A stretch of 64,000 nt of DNA, taken from assembly GCF_044704955.1 (NCBI RefSeq), contig NW_027252668.1, forward strand, positions 3,162,001-3,226,000. Reading direction: 5' to 3'. A program made the translations under genes and the position numbers. This document shows positions 50,653 through 62,686 of this stretch, one piece after another; within the stretch, counting starts at the first letter, position 1, and the number at the start of each line of letters is the position of its first letter. A model generated the notes under the pieces. The model made no database searches, was not told the origin of the DNA, and worked only from the letters and a program-made list of their open reading frames with translations. This DNA comes from Pristiophorus japonicus (Eukaryota).

Positions 50653-51733
50653 ACATAAGAAATAGGAGAAAGAGTAGACCATACGGCCCCTCGAGCCTGC
50701 TCCGCCATTTAATACGATCATGCCTGATCCGTTCATGGACTCAGCTTCACTTCCCTCCCCGCGTCCCATAATCCCTTATCGGTTAAGAAATTGTCTTAAA
50801 TTTATTCAATGACCCAGCTTCCACAGCTCTCTGAAGCAATGAATTTACAACCCTCTGATATGAGGAAATTACTCCTCATCTCAGTTTTAAATGGGCTGCC
50901 ACTAATTCTACGATTATGCCTATAATATCTCCAAGTTTACAGATGACACTAAACGGTTGCGGTGTGAGCTGTGAAGGGGACGCTAAGAGGCTGCAGGGTG
51001 ACTTAGACAGGTTAGGTGAGTGGGCAAATGCATGGCAGATGCAGTATAATGTGGATAAATGTGAGCTTATCCACTTTTGGGGGCTAAAACGCAAATACAG
51101 ATTATCTGAATGGTGGCAGATTAGGAAAAGGGGAGATGCAACGAGACCTGGGTGTCATGGTTCATCAGTCATTGAAAGTTGGCATGCAGGTACAGCAGGT
51201 GGTAAAGAAGGCAAATGGTATGTTGGCCTTCATAGCTAGGGGATTTGAGTATAGGAGCAGGGAGGTCTTACTGCAGTTGTACAAGGCCTTGGGGAATTCT
51301 CACCTGGAATATTGTGTTCAATTTTGGTCTCCTAATCTGAGGAAAGACATTCTTGCTATTGAGGGAGTGCAGCAATGATTCACCAGACTGATTCCTGGAC
51401 TGACATATGAGGAGAGACTGGATCAACTGGGCCTTTATACATTGGAGTTTAGAAGGATGAGAGGGGATCTCAGAAACATAAAAGATTCTGACAGGATGGG
51501 ACGAGACAGGTTAGATGCGGGTAGATTGTTCCCGATGTTGGGGAAGTCCAGAACCAGGGGACACAGTCTTAGGATAAGGGGTAGGCCATTTAGGACTGAG
51601 ATGAGGAGAAACTTCTTCACTCAGAGAATTGTTAACCTGTGGAATTCCCTGCCACAGAGAGTTGTTGATGCCAGTTCATTGGATATGTTCAAGAGGGAGT
51701 TAGATATGGCCCTTACAGCTAAAGGGATCAAGG
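50653..51733. mobile_element. Two fused CR1 pieces (minus tail ~50653-50920, plus body ~50922-51733)
   Basis: Tail cataagaaatagg...; ORFs 50916-51239, 51136-51378 and the start of 51442-51927; the plus piece lacks its tail. Confidence 0.85.
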
Positions 51734-51751
51734 ATCAAGGATCGCTGCCTT

Positions 51752-51960
51752 ACCCCGGGCCGCGGGCTCTCCATTCCCGGCTGTTTGACACCATCTTCTT
51801 TCGCTCACTGAGTGAATGGCGATCACAGGCAGGACTGGGGGAGGGGAGGGAGCATGCGCTCTTCTGCTCACTGGGAATCGACACAGGGGGCGGGGCTGAG
51901 CCGCGCATGCGCAGCTCTCTGCAATAATTCAGCCTGTAAAAATCAAAGTGCACCTTTCCC
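51752..51960 (-). promoter_or_regulatory. Promoter/first exon, copy C
   Basis: Paralog of 8441-8650; donor GT at 51753-51752; GCGCATGCGC at 51903-51912. Confidence 0.65.
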
Positions 51961-52224
51961 AATTTACTTTTATCAGAATCTGACAAAGGAACTGGGCCTG
52001 GGGGGAAAGGACAGAGAATGATTAAAGCTGGGAGCCTTGTCCCTTGGAAATGCTCAATTTGGGATCATTCCGTGCAGGGTGTTTCTCTCTCCATGAGCCC
52101 GTCTTCACAAAGCAATCCTGCAGAAAGATCGGAGGGACGAGGGAGTGGGAGTGTTTGCTGGGACCGTGCAGGAGTTAATATCTGACAGAAAGAGTCCGAG
52201 ATTAGTTTAAACACTCTCAATGTA

Positions 52225-53997
52225 ATCAAGAGGTTATAGGTAGGGAGGAACTTATTACAATCACTGTCACTAATGAAGTAATACTCGGTAAAATAATGGG
52301 ACTAAAGGTGGACAGGTCCCCTGGGCCTGATGGCTGACATCCTGTGGTCTTAAGAAATGTGGCTGTAGAGATAGTGGATGCATTGTTTGTAATCTACCAA
52401 AATTCACTGGATTCTGGGGAGGTCCTAGCAGATTGGAAAATTGCAAATGTTTAAAAAAGAAGGCAAACAAAAAGCAGGAAACTATCAACCAGTTAGCCGA
52501 ACATCTGTTGTTGTGAAAATGCTGGAGTCCATTATTAAGGAAGCAGTAGCATGACATTTGGAAAAGCATGATTCAATCAAACAGAGTCAGCATGGTTTTA
52601 TGAAAGGGAAATCACGTTTGATAAATTTGCTGGAGGTCATTGAGGATGTAACAAGCACGGTAGATAAGGGGCAGCCTGTGGATGTGGTGTATTTGGATTT
52701 CCAGCAGGCATTCGATAAGGTGCCACATAAGTGGTTACTGCACAAGATAAAAGCTCATGGGATTGGGAGCAATATATTAGCATGGATAGAGAATTGGCTA
52801 ACTAACAGAAAACAGAGAGTCAGGATAAATGGGTCATTTTATGATTGGCAAACAGTGATGAGTGGAGTGCCACAGGGATCGGTGCTGGGTCCTCAACTAT
52901 TTACAATCAATATTAATGACTTGGATGAAGGGGCCGAGTTTAATTTAGCCAAGTTTGCTGGTGATACAAAGATGGGTGGGAAAGCAAATTGTGATGAGGA
53001 CACAGTAGATATGCAAAGGGATCTCGACAGGCTAAGTGAGTGTGCACACATTTGGCAGATAAGAACATAAGACCATAAGAAATAGGAGCAGGAGTAGGCC
53101 ATATGGCTCCTCGAGCCTGCTCCGCCATTTAATATAATCATGGCTGATCCGCTCATAGACTCAGGTCCACTTCCAGATGGAGTATAATGTGGGAAAATGA
53201 GAGGTTATCCATTTTGGCAGAAATAATAGAAAAGAAAATTATAATTTAAATGGAGAAAAACTGCAACATGCAGTAGTACAGAGAGCCCTGGGGGTCCTTG
53301 TACATGAAACACAAAAAGTTTGCATGCAGGTACAGCAAGTAATCAGGAAGTCAAATGGAATGTTGGCCTTTATTGCAAGAAGGATAGAGTCTAAAAGCAG
53401 AGAAGTCCTGCTGTACAGGGTATTGGTAATGCCACACCTGGAGTACCGTGTACAGTTTTGGTCTACGTATTTAAGGAAGGATATACTTACATTGGAGGCT
53501 GTTCAGAGAAGGTTCACTCGGTTGATTCCGGAGATGAGGGGGTTGAGTTATGAGGATAGGTTTGAGTAGGTTGGATCTGTACACATTGGAGATCAGAAGA
53601 ATGAGAGGTGATCTTATTGAAACTTATAAAATAATAAGGGGGCTTGACAAGGTGGATGCAGAGAGGATATTTCCACATGGGGCAACTAAAACTAGGTTAC
53701 ATAGTTTTAGAATAAGGGACCGCCCATTTAAAATTGGGATGAGGAGGAATTTCTTCTCTCAGAGGGTTGTAGATCTATGGAATTATCTGCCCCAGACAAC
53801 TGTGAAGGCTTTGTCATTGAATATATTTAAGGCGGAGATAGACAGATTTTTGATCGATAAGGGAGTAAATGGTTATGGGGAGGGAGCAGGGAAGTGGAGC
53901 TGAGTCCATGATCAGATCAGCCGTGATCTTATTGAATGGCAGAGCAGGCTCGAGGAGCTAAATGGTCTAATCCTGTTCCGATTTGTTATGTTCTTAT
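52225..53997 (+). mobile_element. Older CR1, copy C
   Basis: ORFs 52558-53070, 53324-53569 and 53550-53903. Confidence 0.9.
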
Positions 53998-55060
53998 GGC
54001 CCTGGGCTGCACGATTGCAGAGAGTTCAACAGGCAAGCGAGCGATAAATGTGGGACATTGTTTCTCTCACTCTCTGACACTGATTCTCTCACTCTCTGAC
54101 ATTAATAATGTGTCTGTCTCTGGTACAATATCAGTGAGAGAGGAGACTGCATCTTCTGTCTCTCCAATGGGAACTTTCAGAATAAAACGGGACTTCACAG
54201 GTCAGTCTGGAACTGATACTGTGCATGTCTTCTGTGTCTCACCGCCCGACCTCGCAATCTCCTGTCTCTCGCTCAGCCCTCTCCCCTTTCTCTGCATCTC
54301 TGTTGCTATCCCTCTCTCTTGTACTTTTTGTGAAGGTGGGATACTGTTATTTAGCGTGATGTGGAAACACTGTTGGAAGTGCAAGACTGATAATGTCTCT
54401 GTTTCTCTCTGGTGCAATACGTGAAGGTGTGGCACTGTTACTGAGCGTATTATGAAGACACTGATACAAAGTGTAAAACTGATACTGTATCTGTCTCTGT
54501 GTCTTTTTCCGCTGATGCTGTACATTAATGTGTGATACTATTATTGAGAGTAATATGGAGACACAGTTCGGTAGTTTAAGATTGATACTGTGTGTGTCTC
54601 TCTGTCGCTCTCTCTGATAGCCATCTCTGGGCGTTGAGTATGGATGGATAGGGCACCAGTTACTGTTATATGTCCCTCATTTTCTGAGGAGAGAGAGACA
54701 AAGAGAGGCTGCAGGGGCGGTGAGCTCATAATTTGTATTTTCATGTTAGTCAAACATATTTCTGCATTAGAACAATAACAACTTAAAAGCAGATATGGGT
54801 TAAGCCAGCCACAGCTGTGATTGGCTCCTGCCCCTGAATCTGGGAACAGACACTGTGAGGAGCGCCGGCCTCAGAGTGTTTAACACTTACTGAGCTGGGA
54901 AACTACAACTGACCCGAGAATCGGCAGCACAGCCGAGCGGAGAGGAAAACCTGTGCTGGGAACTGTAAATCTGGGAACAGTTTGTGCTGTGAATGTGCAG
55001 ATTTCAACATTGTGTGAGCGAGAGTGTGTTAAAGGGACGGGCGGGTTAGACTAATGTCAC

Positions 55061-55490
55061 TGTGTTTGTGTGTCCGCTCTCATCGCCGGATTTCAGAGTC
55101 CCTCTTGTGTAAAATTCAAAGATTTCCCCGTCACAGGATCGCCCTGCTGCCCTGCTCAGGCCTGAAGTGGGAATGAATCAGAAAGTTTGATTTGATTTCA
55201 AATTTCAGTCAAAAAACAGAGAAAATATCCGCGATCGGCTGAGAGAGCGCGACCAGTGCAGCAATGAAACGGGTTTAAATCGAAATTACTGCCTTCAATT
55301 CGGATGGAACTTTCTCGGCAGCAAACATCCCGGTCTTCGGGATAGAAAGAGGCCAGTCTGGGAATGTGGAGGGCCCGAGTTGAATTGGAATCGGAGAGTT
55401 AGTGAGGAGAGAGAAACACAGAGAGGCTGGAGGGGCCGGGAGCTGACAGCAGGATGTCTCCTCCCCGTCCGCTCGCTGCCTTTAAGTTGC
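55061..55490 (+). promoter_or_regulatory. H1 promoter with AC box and candidate TG box
   Basis: AAACACA at 55414-55420, TGTGTTT at 55061-55067, TGTGTTA at 55025-55031, weak TATA-like TTTAAG at 55481. Confidence 0.65.
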
Positions 55491-55562
55491 TCTGTGTCGC
55501 CGCCTCTCGTTTCATTTCTGACCCAGCTCTGACTGTCAGAGACATTTTCGAGAGTCGCGGAC

Positions 55563-56270
55563 ATGACTGATACTGCAGCCGCCGAAACGGCTCCTCCTGC
55601 CGCCGTCGCTCAAACCAAGGCTCCCAGCAAGAAGAAGAAGGCGACTCCCCGCTCCGGGCCAGCCGGTCCCAGGTTGGGCGACCAGATCCTCAAGGTTGTG
55701 GCTGATGGCAAGGATCGCAGGGGAATGTCCCTGGCCGCGATAAAGAAGACTCTGGCGGCCAAAGGCGTCGATGTGGAGAAGCGCGGCTTCCAGATCAGGT
55801 CCAGTATCAAGAAGAATGTGATGAATGGTTCCCTGAAGCAGATCAAGGGCACGGGCGCCTCGGGCTCATTCAAAATCGCTAATACAGATCCCCAGGGGAA
55901 AGTGGGAAAGAAGGTGAAGAAGCCAGCAGCCAAGAAATCTCCAGCAAAGAAAGCAGCAGCCAAGAAATCTCCAGCAAAGAAAGCAGCAGCCAAGAAATCT
56001 CCAGCAAAGAAAGCAGCAACCAAGAAATCTCCAGCAAAGAAAGCAACAGCCAAGAAATCTCCATCAAAGAAAGCAGCAGCCAAGAAAACGAGCACCAAGA
56101 AGGCGCTAACAGCAAAAAAGACAGCGAAAGGGCCGGCTGGGAAGAAGGCGGCGGCAAAGAAGCCCAAGAGCCTCAAGAAAGTGAAGGCGGCCAAAAAGGT
56201 GGAGAACCCGAGGGTCAAGGCCACGTCCAAATCAGCAAAGGCCAAGAAAGCAGCGCCCAAAAAAAAATAA
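55563..56270 (+). CDS. H1: Replication-dependent histone H1, 235 aa
   Basis: Globular domain (GMSLAAIKK...[14 protein letters not shown]), Lys/Ala/Pro tail with SPAK repeats, intronless. Confidence 0.96.
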   Translation: MTDTAAAETAPPAAVAQTKAPSKKKKATPRSGPAGPRLGDQILKVVADGKDRRGMSLAAIKKTLAAKGVDVEKRGFQIRSSIKKNVMNGSLKQIKGTGASGSFKIANTDPQGKVGKKVKKPAAKKSPAKKAAAKKSPAKKAAAKKSPAKKAATKKSPAKKATAKKSPSKKAAAKKTSTKKALTAKKTAKGPAGKKAAAKKPKSLKKVKAAKKVENPRVKATSKSAKAKKAAPKKK

Positions 56271-56300
56271 AAAGGCAACTTCTAAACATTTCAACCCAAA

Positions 56301-56316
56301 GGCTCTTTTCAGAGCC
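56301..56316 (+). terminator. Histone 3' stem-loop of H1
   Basis: GGCTCTTTTCAGAGCC-ACCCA with AAAAGAGCTG at ~56332-56341. Confidence 0.95.
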
Positions 56317-56454
56317 ACCCACGCCTCTCAAAAAAGAGCTGATCCCGGAATCAAATAATCCCTGTCCCGGGCTCAGATTCCAGATAGAAATCATTGAAAA
56401 TGACCCCGGGATCCCTAGTGACTCGTTGGCATTGGCTGCACCCCACCGTGCCTC

Positions 56455-56630
56455 CAGTGTCTGCACCCACCCCTCCCCCATTGTCTGCACCCGCCCCTCC
56501 CCCAGTGTCTGCACCCACCCCTCCCCCAGTGCCTGCACCCACCCCTCCCTCACTGTCTGCACCCACCCCCTCCCCCAGTGTCTGCACCCGCCCCTCCCAC
56601 AGTGTCTGCATCCACCCCTCCCCCAGTGCC
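56455..56630. repeat. 24-bp C-rich minisatellite, ~7 copies
   Basis: cagtgtctgcacccacccctcccc repeated. Confidence 0.9.
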
Positions 56631-57281
56631 TACAATAAAACAGAGAATGGGATGTCCGCCCCGGGCCTCACTGTAACTGGGGTTTGAGTCCGGCTCCAGT
56701 CTCAGTTCCTGGTCATTGTCATTTCACAGATTCAGGGGGAAGAGTCTCTGTGAGACGATGGGACTGGCGGCGATATCTCGCCTCACAACTCAAACCCCAA
56801 ACTCCAGATTCTCCAAATCAGCTGGAATAAGGTGTTTGTAAACTGCTGAACCGGTCTGTGAGAGGAGATGGAATAAGGTCTGAGATTGATAGGGAACGGA
56901 CTATATAGGCGGGAATATTCCTGATAATTGTACCAGGACCTTATTTAAAAGCTTCTGGTCCCGAGAAGCCTTGAATATGAATTCCGAGTCTGTAAGGGTT
57001 TGTGCGGAGCGCTGTGTATCGGTTGTATTGTGGAGAAAACAATTTGAAATTGGCGGTTGCAGAAAGCTGGAGGTGGAGCTGGAAGATCAGAGGCCGCGCT
57101 CTGCTCTGTCTCTCAATCTTGATTCTGTCTCCTCCCCTGCCGCGCTCTCTGTTTAACCTCTCACTCTGTCTCCTCCCCTTCCCGCCTCTCTCACTCTGGG
57201 CTTTCTCAGTCAGGTCGGGGCCGGCTCTATAAAAAAGGAGCCAGGAGCAGTTGGCTCCTCATTCAGCGACAGTTTGAGTGA

Positions 57282-57602
<321 letters not shown>

Positions 57603-57636
57603 ACAACTCCACCCTTTCCACCCAGCACAACACAAA

Positions 57637-57652
57637 GGCTCTTTTAAGAGCC
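57637..57652 (+). terminator. Histone 3' stem-loop of H4
   Basis: GGCTCTTTTAAGAGCC-ACCCA. Confidence 0.95.
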
Positions 57653-58207
57653 ACCCACCGCCTCACAAAGACAGCAATGACTTGGGGATGGTTTTGTGGA
57701 CAATTTGGGTGGGAAATTATTTGAGTTATTTATTTAATGGAAAGTAACACGCCGAGTTATGTAGCGCCTTACACGGCCATCGGACTTCTCAAAGCCAATA
57801 AAGTACTTTTGCAGTGTAGTCGTTTTAGGAATATGGGAAAAATTAAATATTTTAGAACAATAGTAACATGAGATCAGAAACTCCGGGTGTCCCGGTCACA
57901 ATCAGCGGGCGGCGATACACAGTTTCCCCTCACAGATAATCCTGTTATGTTGTGAGCTTTGTGTGAGAATCGGTGAAACGGGACGGCACTGGCGGGATGG
58001 ATGCGGGACTTTGTGTTTACAGGATGCAGTGACCGGGGAATTATTCCCGCCCGCTACAGACCCATCAGGGAATGGGACAGAATTCAAACCGGAATGTTAA
58101 AGAGAATGGGATTGGTGATTTATAATGGGGCACAATCGAGGTTATAAAGAGCCGAATTCTTAAATTGCTGGCGGGAAATTAGAGTTTCTTTAATCTGTTC
58201 GTTGAGA

Positions 58208-58340
58208 CACGCCAAGCGAGTCACCATCATGCCCAAAGATATTCAGCTGGCCCGCCGCATCCGCGGGGAGCGCGCCTAGACTCCCCCTGCCCGGGCTCTA
58301 AGCTTTAGCATCAAGTGCAACAACGGTTCTTTTCAGAGCC
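58208..58340 (+). pseudogene. H3: Histone H3 remnant: last 23 codons, stop and stem-loop
   Basis: [23 protein letters not shown] at 58208-58279; GGTTCTTTTCAGAGCC at 58325-58340; GAAAGAGCTG downstream. Confidence 0.93.
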
Positions 58341-58990
58341 ACCAAATCAGCAAAGGAAAGAGCTGCGACCGGCTTCACGCAAACTGTCCTGTGTACACTC
58401 CGTGCACGTCTTGTGTTACTATAACTGGGGCTTTATGTAGTGCAGGCGGTGATTATCTGGCTTTGATCCAGGTATCAATGCGAGTCAGATGCCCAGTATA
58501 CCGACTGCACCCGCCCAATCTGGGTCGCTAACTATAAGTGGGAGATCTGATAGTGAATTGATCCCACTGCACAGACCGGAATAGATTCCAGAGAGGGGAC
58601 GAGCTGCCTGTAATCTGTATCTCACCTTTAACCCAGCTCTTAATGCGGGGACAGGTCGGATATAATTTGTAATATTTTAAATTAGCCATGAGCTGGAATT
58701 CCATCCTTCTGTACGCAAATTTAAAAAAAGGGTTAAAGTCCGCATGGATCAATGTGTTCAGAATGTATACATTTCTCCCGATGGAATTATTGCCCCTATA
58801 AAAGTCAGTAAGCTCATCAACCGTTCATTCCTTTATACTGTTTTTTATCATCCGGTTCATATTCGGCTGTCCCAACATGTTCAATGACTAGCGGTCTGAC
58901 GTTCAGCTTCCGTCTGTTTTGTATTAAATTAGACCAGGGACAATTGTGATCCACAGAACAGAAAGCAGCCCTTTCATAGATAGTGTGGGT

Positions 58991-59006
58991 GGCTCTGAAA
59001 AGAGCC
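58991..59006 (-). terminator. Histone 3' stem-loop of H2A
   Basis: GGCTCTTTTCAGAGCC-ACCCA. Confidence 0.95.
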
Positions 59007-59036
59007 TTTGGGTTATTAGATTAAATCCTGTCCGCT

Positions 59037-59603
<567 letters not shown>

Positions 59604-60399
59604 TTACTGTCTCCAACAGTCAGAATATCGATTTTTAATTCAAAAACCCCGCCAAGAAATTTTAAAATAGCGGATTATGTTAATATAAATTCAACATTAG
59701 TCAAAGATTTCCCAACACGTTTTAATTAATTTTGTCTTTTACATATTCCCCTTGCAAGTTCCAGGCTGTTACAATCAGGATTAAATTCGGGTACTATTTC
59801 AAACTGTCTAATGGGCGGGAATCAAACCCCACCGATTCTGTAACGGGACACATTCCAACTCAATCTTTGTAAAAGTTGTGTTTCACAGATTATCGATCGA
59901 GCCCCTGCAAAGGCGGGAGTGAGCCCAGAACTGGGAGTCCTTCTGTGAAAAGAGAAGAGGAACAGAGTATTCAAACTGCCCCGGTTCTGGTCTCTAAGAA
60001 CTCCCATTCTGGGTTGTTACACTGCGGGGAGTCTCGGGTTAATCAACGGACTGACCCGCAACAGGAATTGAAAAATAAACTTGAAAAGGGCTTGCGAGAG
60101 AGAATGTGTGACTGAAATCTGAGTCTCAGCCCCTAAACAAGCTCTTAATTCGGCAGGCGGTGTAAATGAACATGTCTGAGCAAAGGGAAACAGCGACCAG
60201 GGACCGTATTTGTAGTTGGCGGAAAATTCCAGCGACGCTAAGGTGGAACCGGACAGTGAAACTGATATCTGAAAATTCAAAACTAAATCTACAGCTGGAA
60301 GTGTAAACATTCTCAAATATACTTGTTCAGGAAATAATTACAGTCAACAGAGTGTAAAGGGAGATGCGTTTGTGCAGCACTTTCAGAGAGGCTGTGGGT

Positions 60400-60415
60400 G
60401 GCTCTTAAAAGAGCC
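60400..60415 (-). terminator. Histone 3' stem-loop of H2B copy C
   Basis: GGCTCTTTTAAGAGCC-ACCCA. Confidence 0.95.
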
Positions 60416-60455
60416 GTTGTGTTTGGGGTTTGATCTGTCAGGACAGCGGACAGTC

Positions 60456-60833
60456 TCACTTGGAGCTGGTGTACTTGGTCACCGCCTTTGTCCCTTCCGA
60501 CACGGCGTGCTTGGCCAGCTCCCCGGGCAGCAGCAGGCGCACGGAGGTCTGGATCTCCCGGGAACTGATGGTGCGGCGCTTGTTGTAATGGGCCAGGCGG
60601 GAAGCCTCACCCGCGATGCGCTCGAAAATATCGCTCACAAACGAGTTCATGATGCCCATGGCCTTGGAGGAGATGCCGGTGTCGGGGTGAACCTGCTTCA
60701 TCACTTTGTAGATGTAGATGGCGTAACTTTCCTTCCTCGACTTTCTGCGCCTCTTGCCGCTCTTCGCTGGGGTTTTCTTGATTACTTTCTTGGCGCCTTT
60801 CTTGGCGGGACCTGTTTTCTTTTCGTCAGCCAT
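60456..60833 (-). CDS. H2B: Replication-dependent histone H2B (copy C), 125 aa
   Basis: Complete H2B; ATTAGCAT octamer variant at 60927-60920. Confidence 0.97.
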   Translation of the reverse strand: MADEKKTGPAKKGAKKVIKKTPAKSGKRRRKSRKESYAIYIYKVMKQVHPDTGISSKAMGIMNSFVSDIFERIAGEASRLAHYNKRRTISSREIQTSVRLLLPGELAKHAVSEGTKAVTKYTSSK

Positions 60834-61037
60834 CGTCTTGTTCAGTCAGGCGCAGATTTGGGGAAATTTTGCTCCGAGCCCGTATTATATCTGCAGCCCC
60901 ACACTCCGCCCACAGCCCTATGCTAATGAGGGATGGGCGAAGGTAATGGTTGTGATTGGCTTGTCAATATCCAGTGTTCTGTATCTCTCTGATTGGATGT
61001 TTAAAGAGACCAATCAAATTTGTGCTCGCCACAATCT

Positions 61038-62686
61038 AACATGGAAACACAGAAAATAGGTGCAGGAGCAGGCCATTCAGCCCTTCTAGCCTGCACCGCC
61101 ATTCAATGAGTTAATGGCTGAACATGAAACTTCAGTACCCACTTCCTGCTTTCACGCCATACCCCTTGATCCCCCGAGTAGTAAGGACTTCATCTAACTC
61201 CCTTTTGAATATATTTAGTGAATTGGCCTCAACTACTTTCTGTGGTAGAGAATTCCACAGGTTCACCACTCTCTGGGTGAAGAAGTTTCTCCTTATCTCG
61301 GTCCTAAATGGCTTACCCCTTATCCTTAGACTGTGACCCCTGGTTCTGGACTTCCCCAACATTGGGAACATTCTTCCTGCATCCAACCTGTCCAAACCCG
61401 TCAGAATTTTGAACGTTTCTATGAGGTCCCCTCTCACTCTTCTGAACTCCAGTGAATACAAGCCCAGTTGATCCAGTCTTTCTTGATAGATCAGTCCCAC
61501 CATCCCGGGAATCAGTCTGGTGAATCTTCGCTGCACTCCCTCAATAGCAAGAATGTCCTTCCTCAAGTTAGGAGACCAAAACTGTACACAATACTCCAGG
61601 TGTGGCCTCACCAAGGCCCTGTACAACTGTAGCAACACCTCCCTGCCCCTGTACTCAAATCCCCTCGCTATGAAGGCCAACATGCCATTTGCTTTCTTAA
61701 CCGCCTGCTGTACCTGCATGCCAACCTTCAATGACTGATGTACCATGACACCCAGGTCTCGTTGCACCTTCCCTTTTCCTAATCTGTCACCATTCAGATA
61801 ATAGTCTGTCTCTCTGTTTTTACCACCAAAGTGGATAACCTCACATTTATCCACATTATACTTCATCTGCCACGCATTTGCCCACTCACCTAACCTATCC
61901 AAGTCACTCTGTAGCCTCATAGCATCCTCCTCGCAGCTCACACTGCCACCCAACTTAGTGTCATCCGCAAATTTGGAGATACTACATTTAATCCCCTCGT
62001 CTAAATCATTAATGTACAATGTAAACAGCTGGGGCCCAAGCACAGAACCCTGCGGTACCCCACTAGTCACTGCCTGCCATTCCGAAAAGTACCCATTTAC
62101 TCCTACTCTTTGCTTCCTGTCTGACAACCAGTTCTCAATCCACGTCAGCACACTACCCCCAATCCCATGTGCTTTAACTTTGCACATTAATCTCCTGTGT
62201 GGGACCTTGTTGAAAGCCTTCTGAAAGTCCAAATATACCACATCAACTGGTACTCCTTTGTCCACTTTATTGGAAACATCCTCAAAAAATTTCAGAAGAT
62301 TTGTCAAGCATGATCTCCCTTTCACAAATCCATGCTGACTTGGACCTATCATGTCACCATTTTCCAAATGCACTGCTATGACATCCTTAATAATTGATTC
62401 CATCATTTTACCCACTACTGAGGTCAGGCTGACCGGTCTATAATTCCCTGCTTTCTCTCTCCCTCCTTTTTTAAAAAGTGGGGTTACATTGGCTACCCTC
62501 CACTCGATAGGAACTGATCCAGAGTGAATGGAATGTTGGAAAATGACTGTCAATGCATCCGCTATTTCCAAGGCCACCTCCTTAAGTACTCTGGGATGCA
62601 GTCCATCAGGCCCTGGGGATTTATCGGGATTCAATCCCATCAATTTCCCCAACACAATTTCCCGACTAATAAAGATTTCCCTCAGT
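61038..62686 (-). mobile_element. CR1 LINE, young subfamily, uninterrupted RT/C-terminal frame
   Basis: C-terminal ~510 aa of ORF 61132-63501; tail at 61038 just upstream of the H2B promoter. Confidence 0.95.

Noticed and set aside
55610-56278. Antisense ORFs over H1, H4 and H2B
   Set aside because: Shadow frames from histone codon usage; no independent signals.
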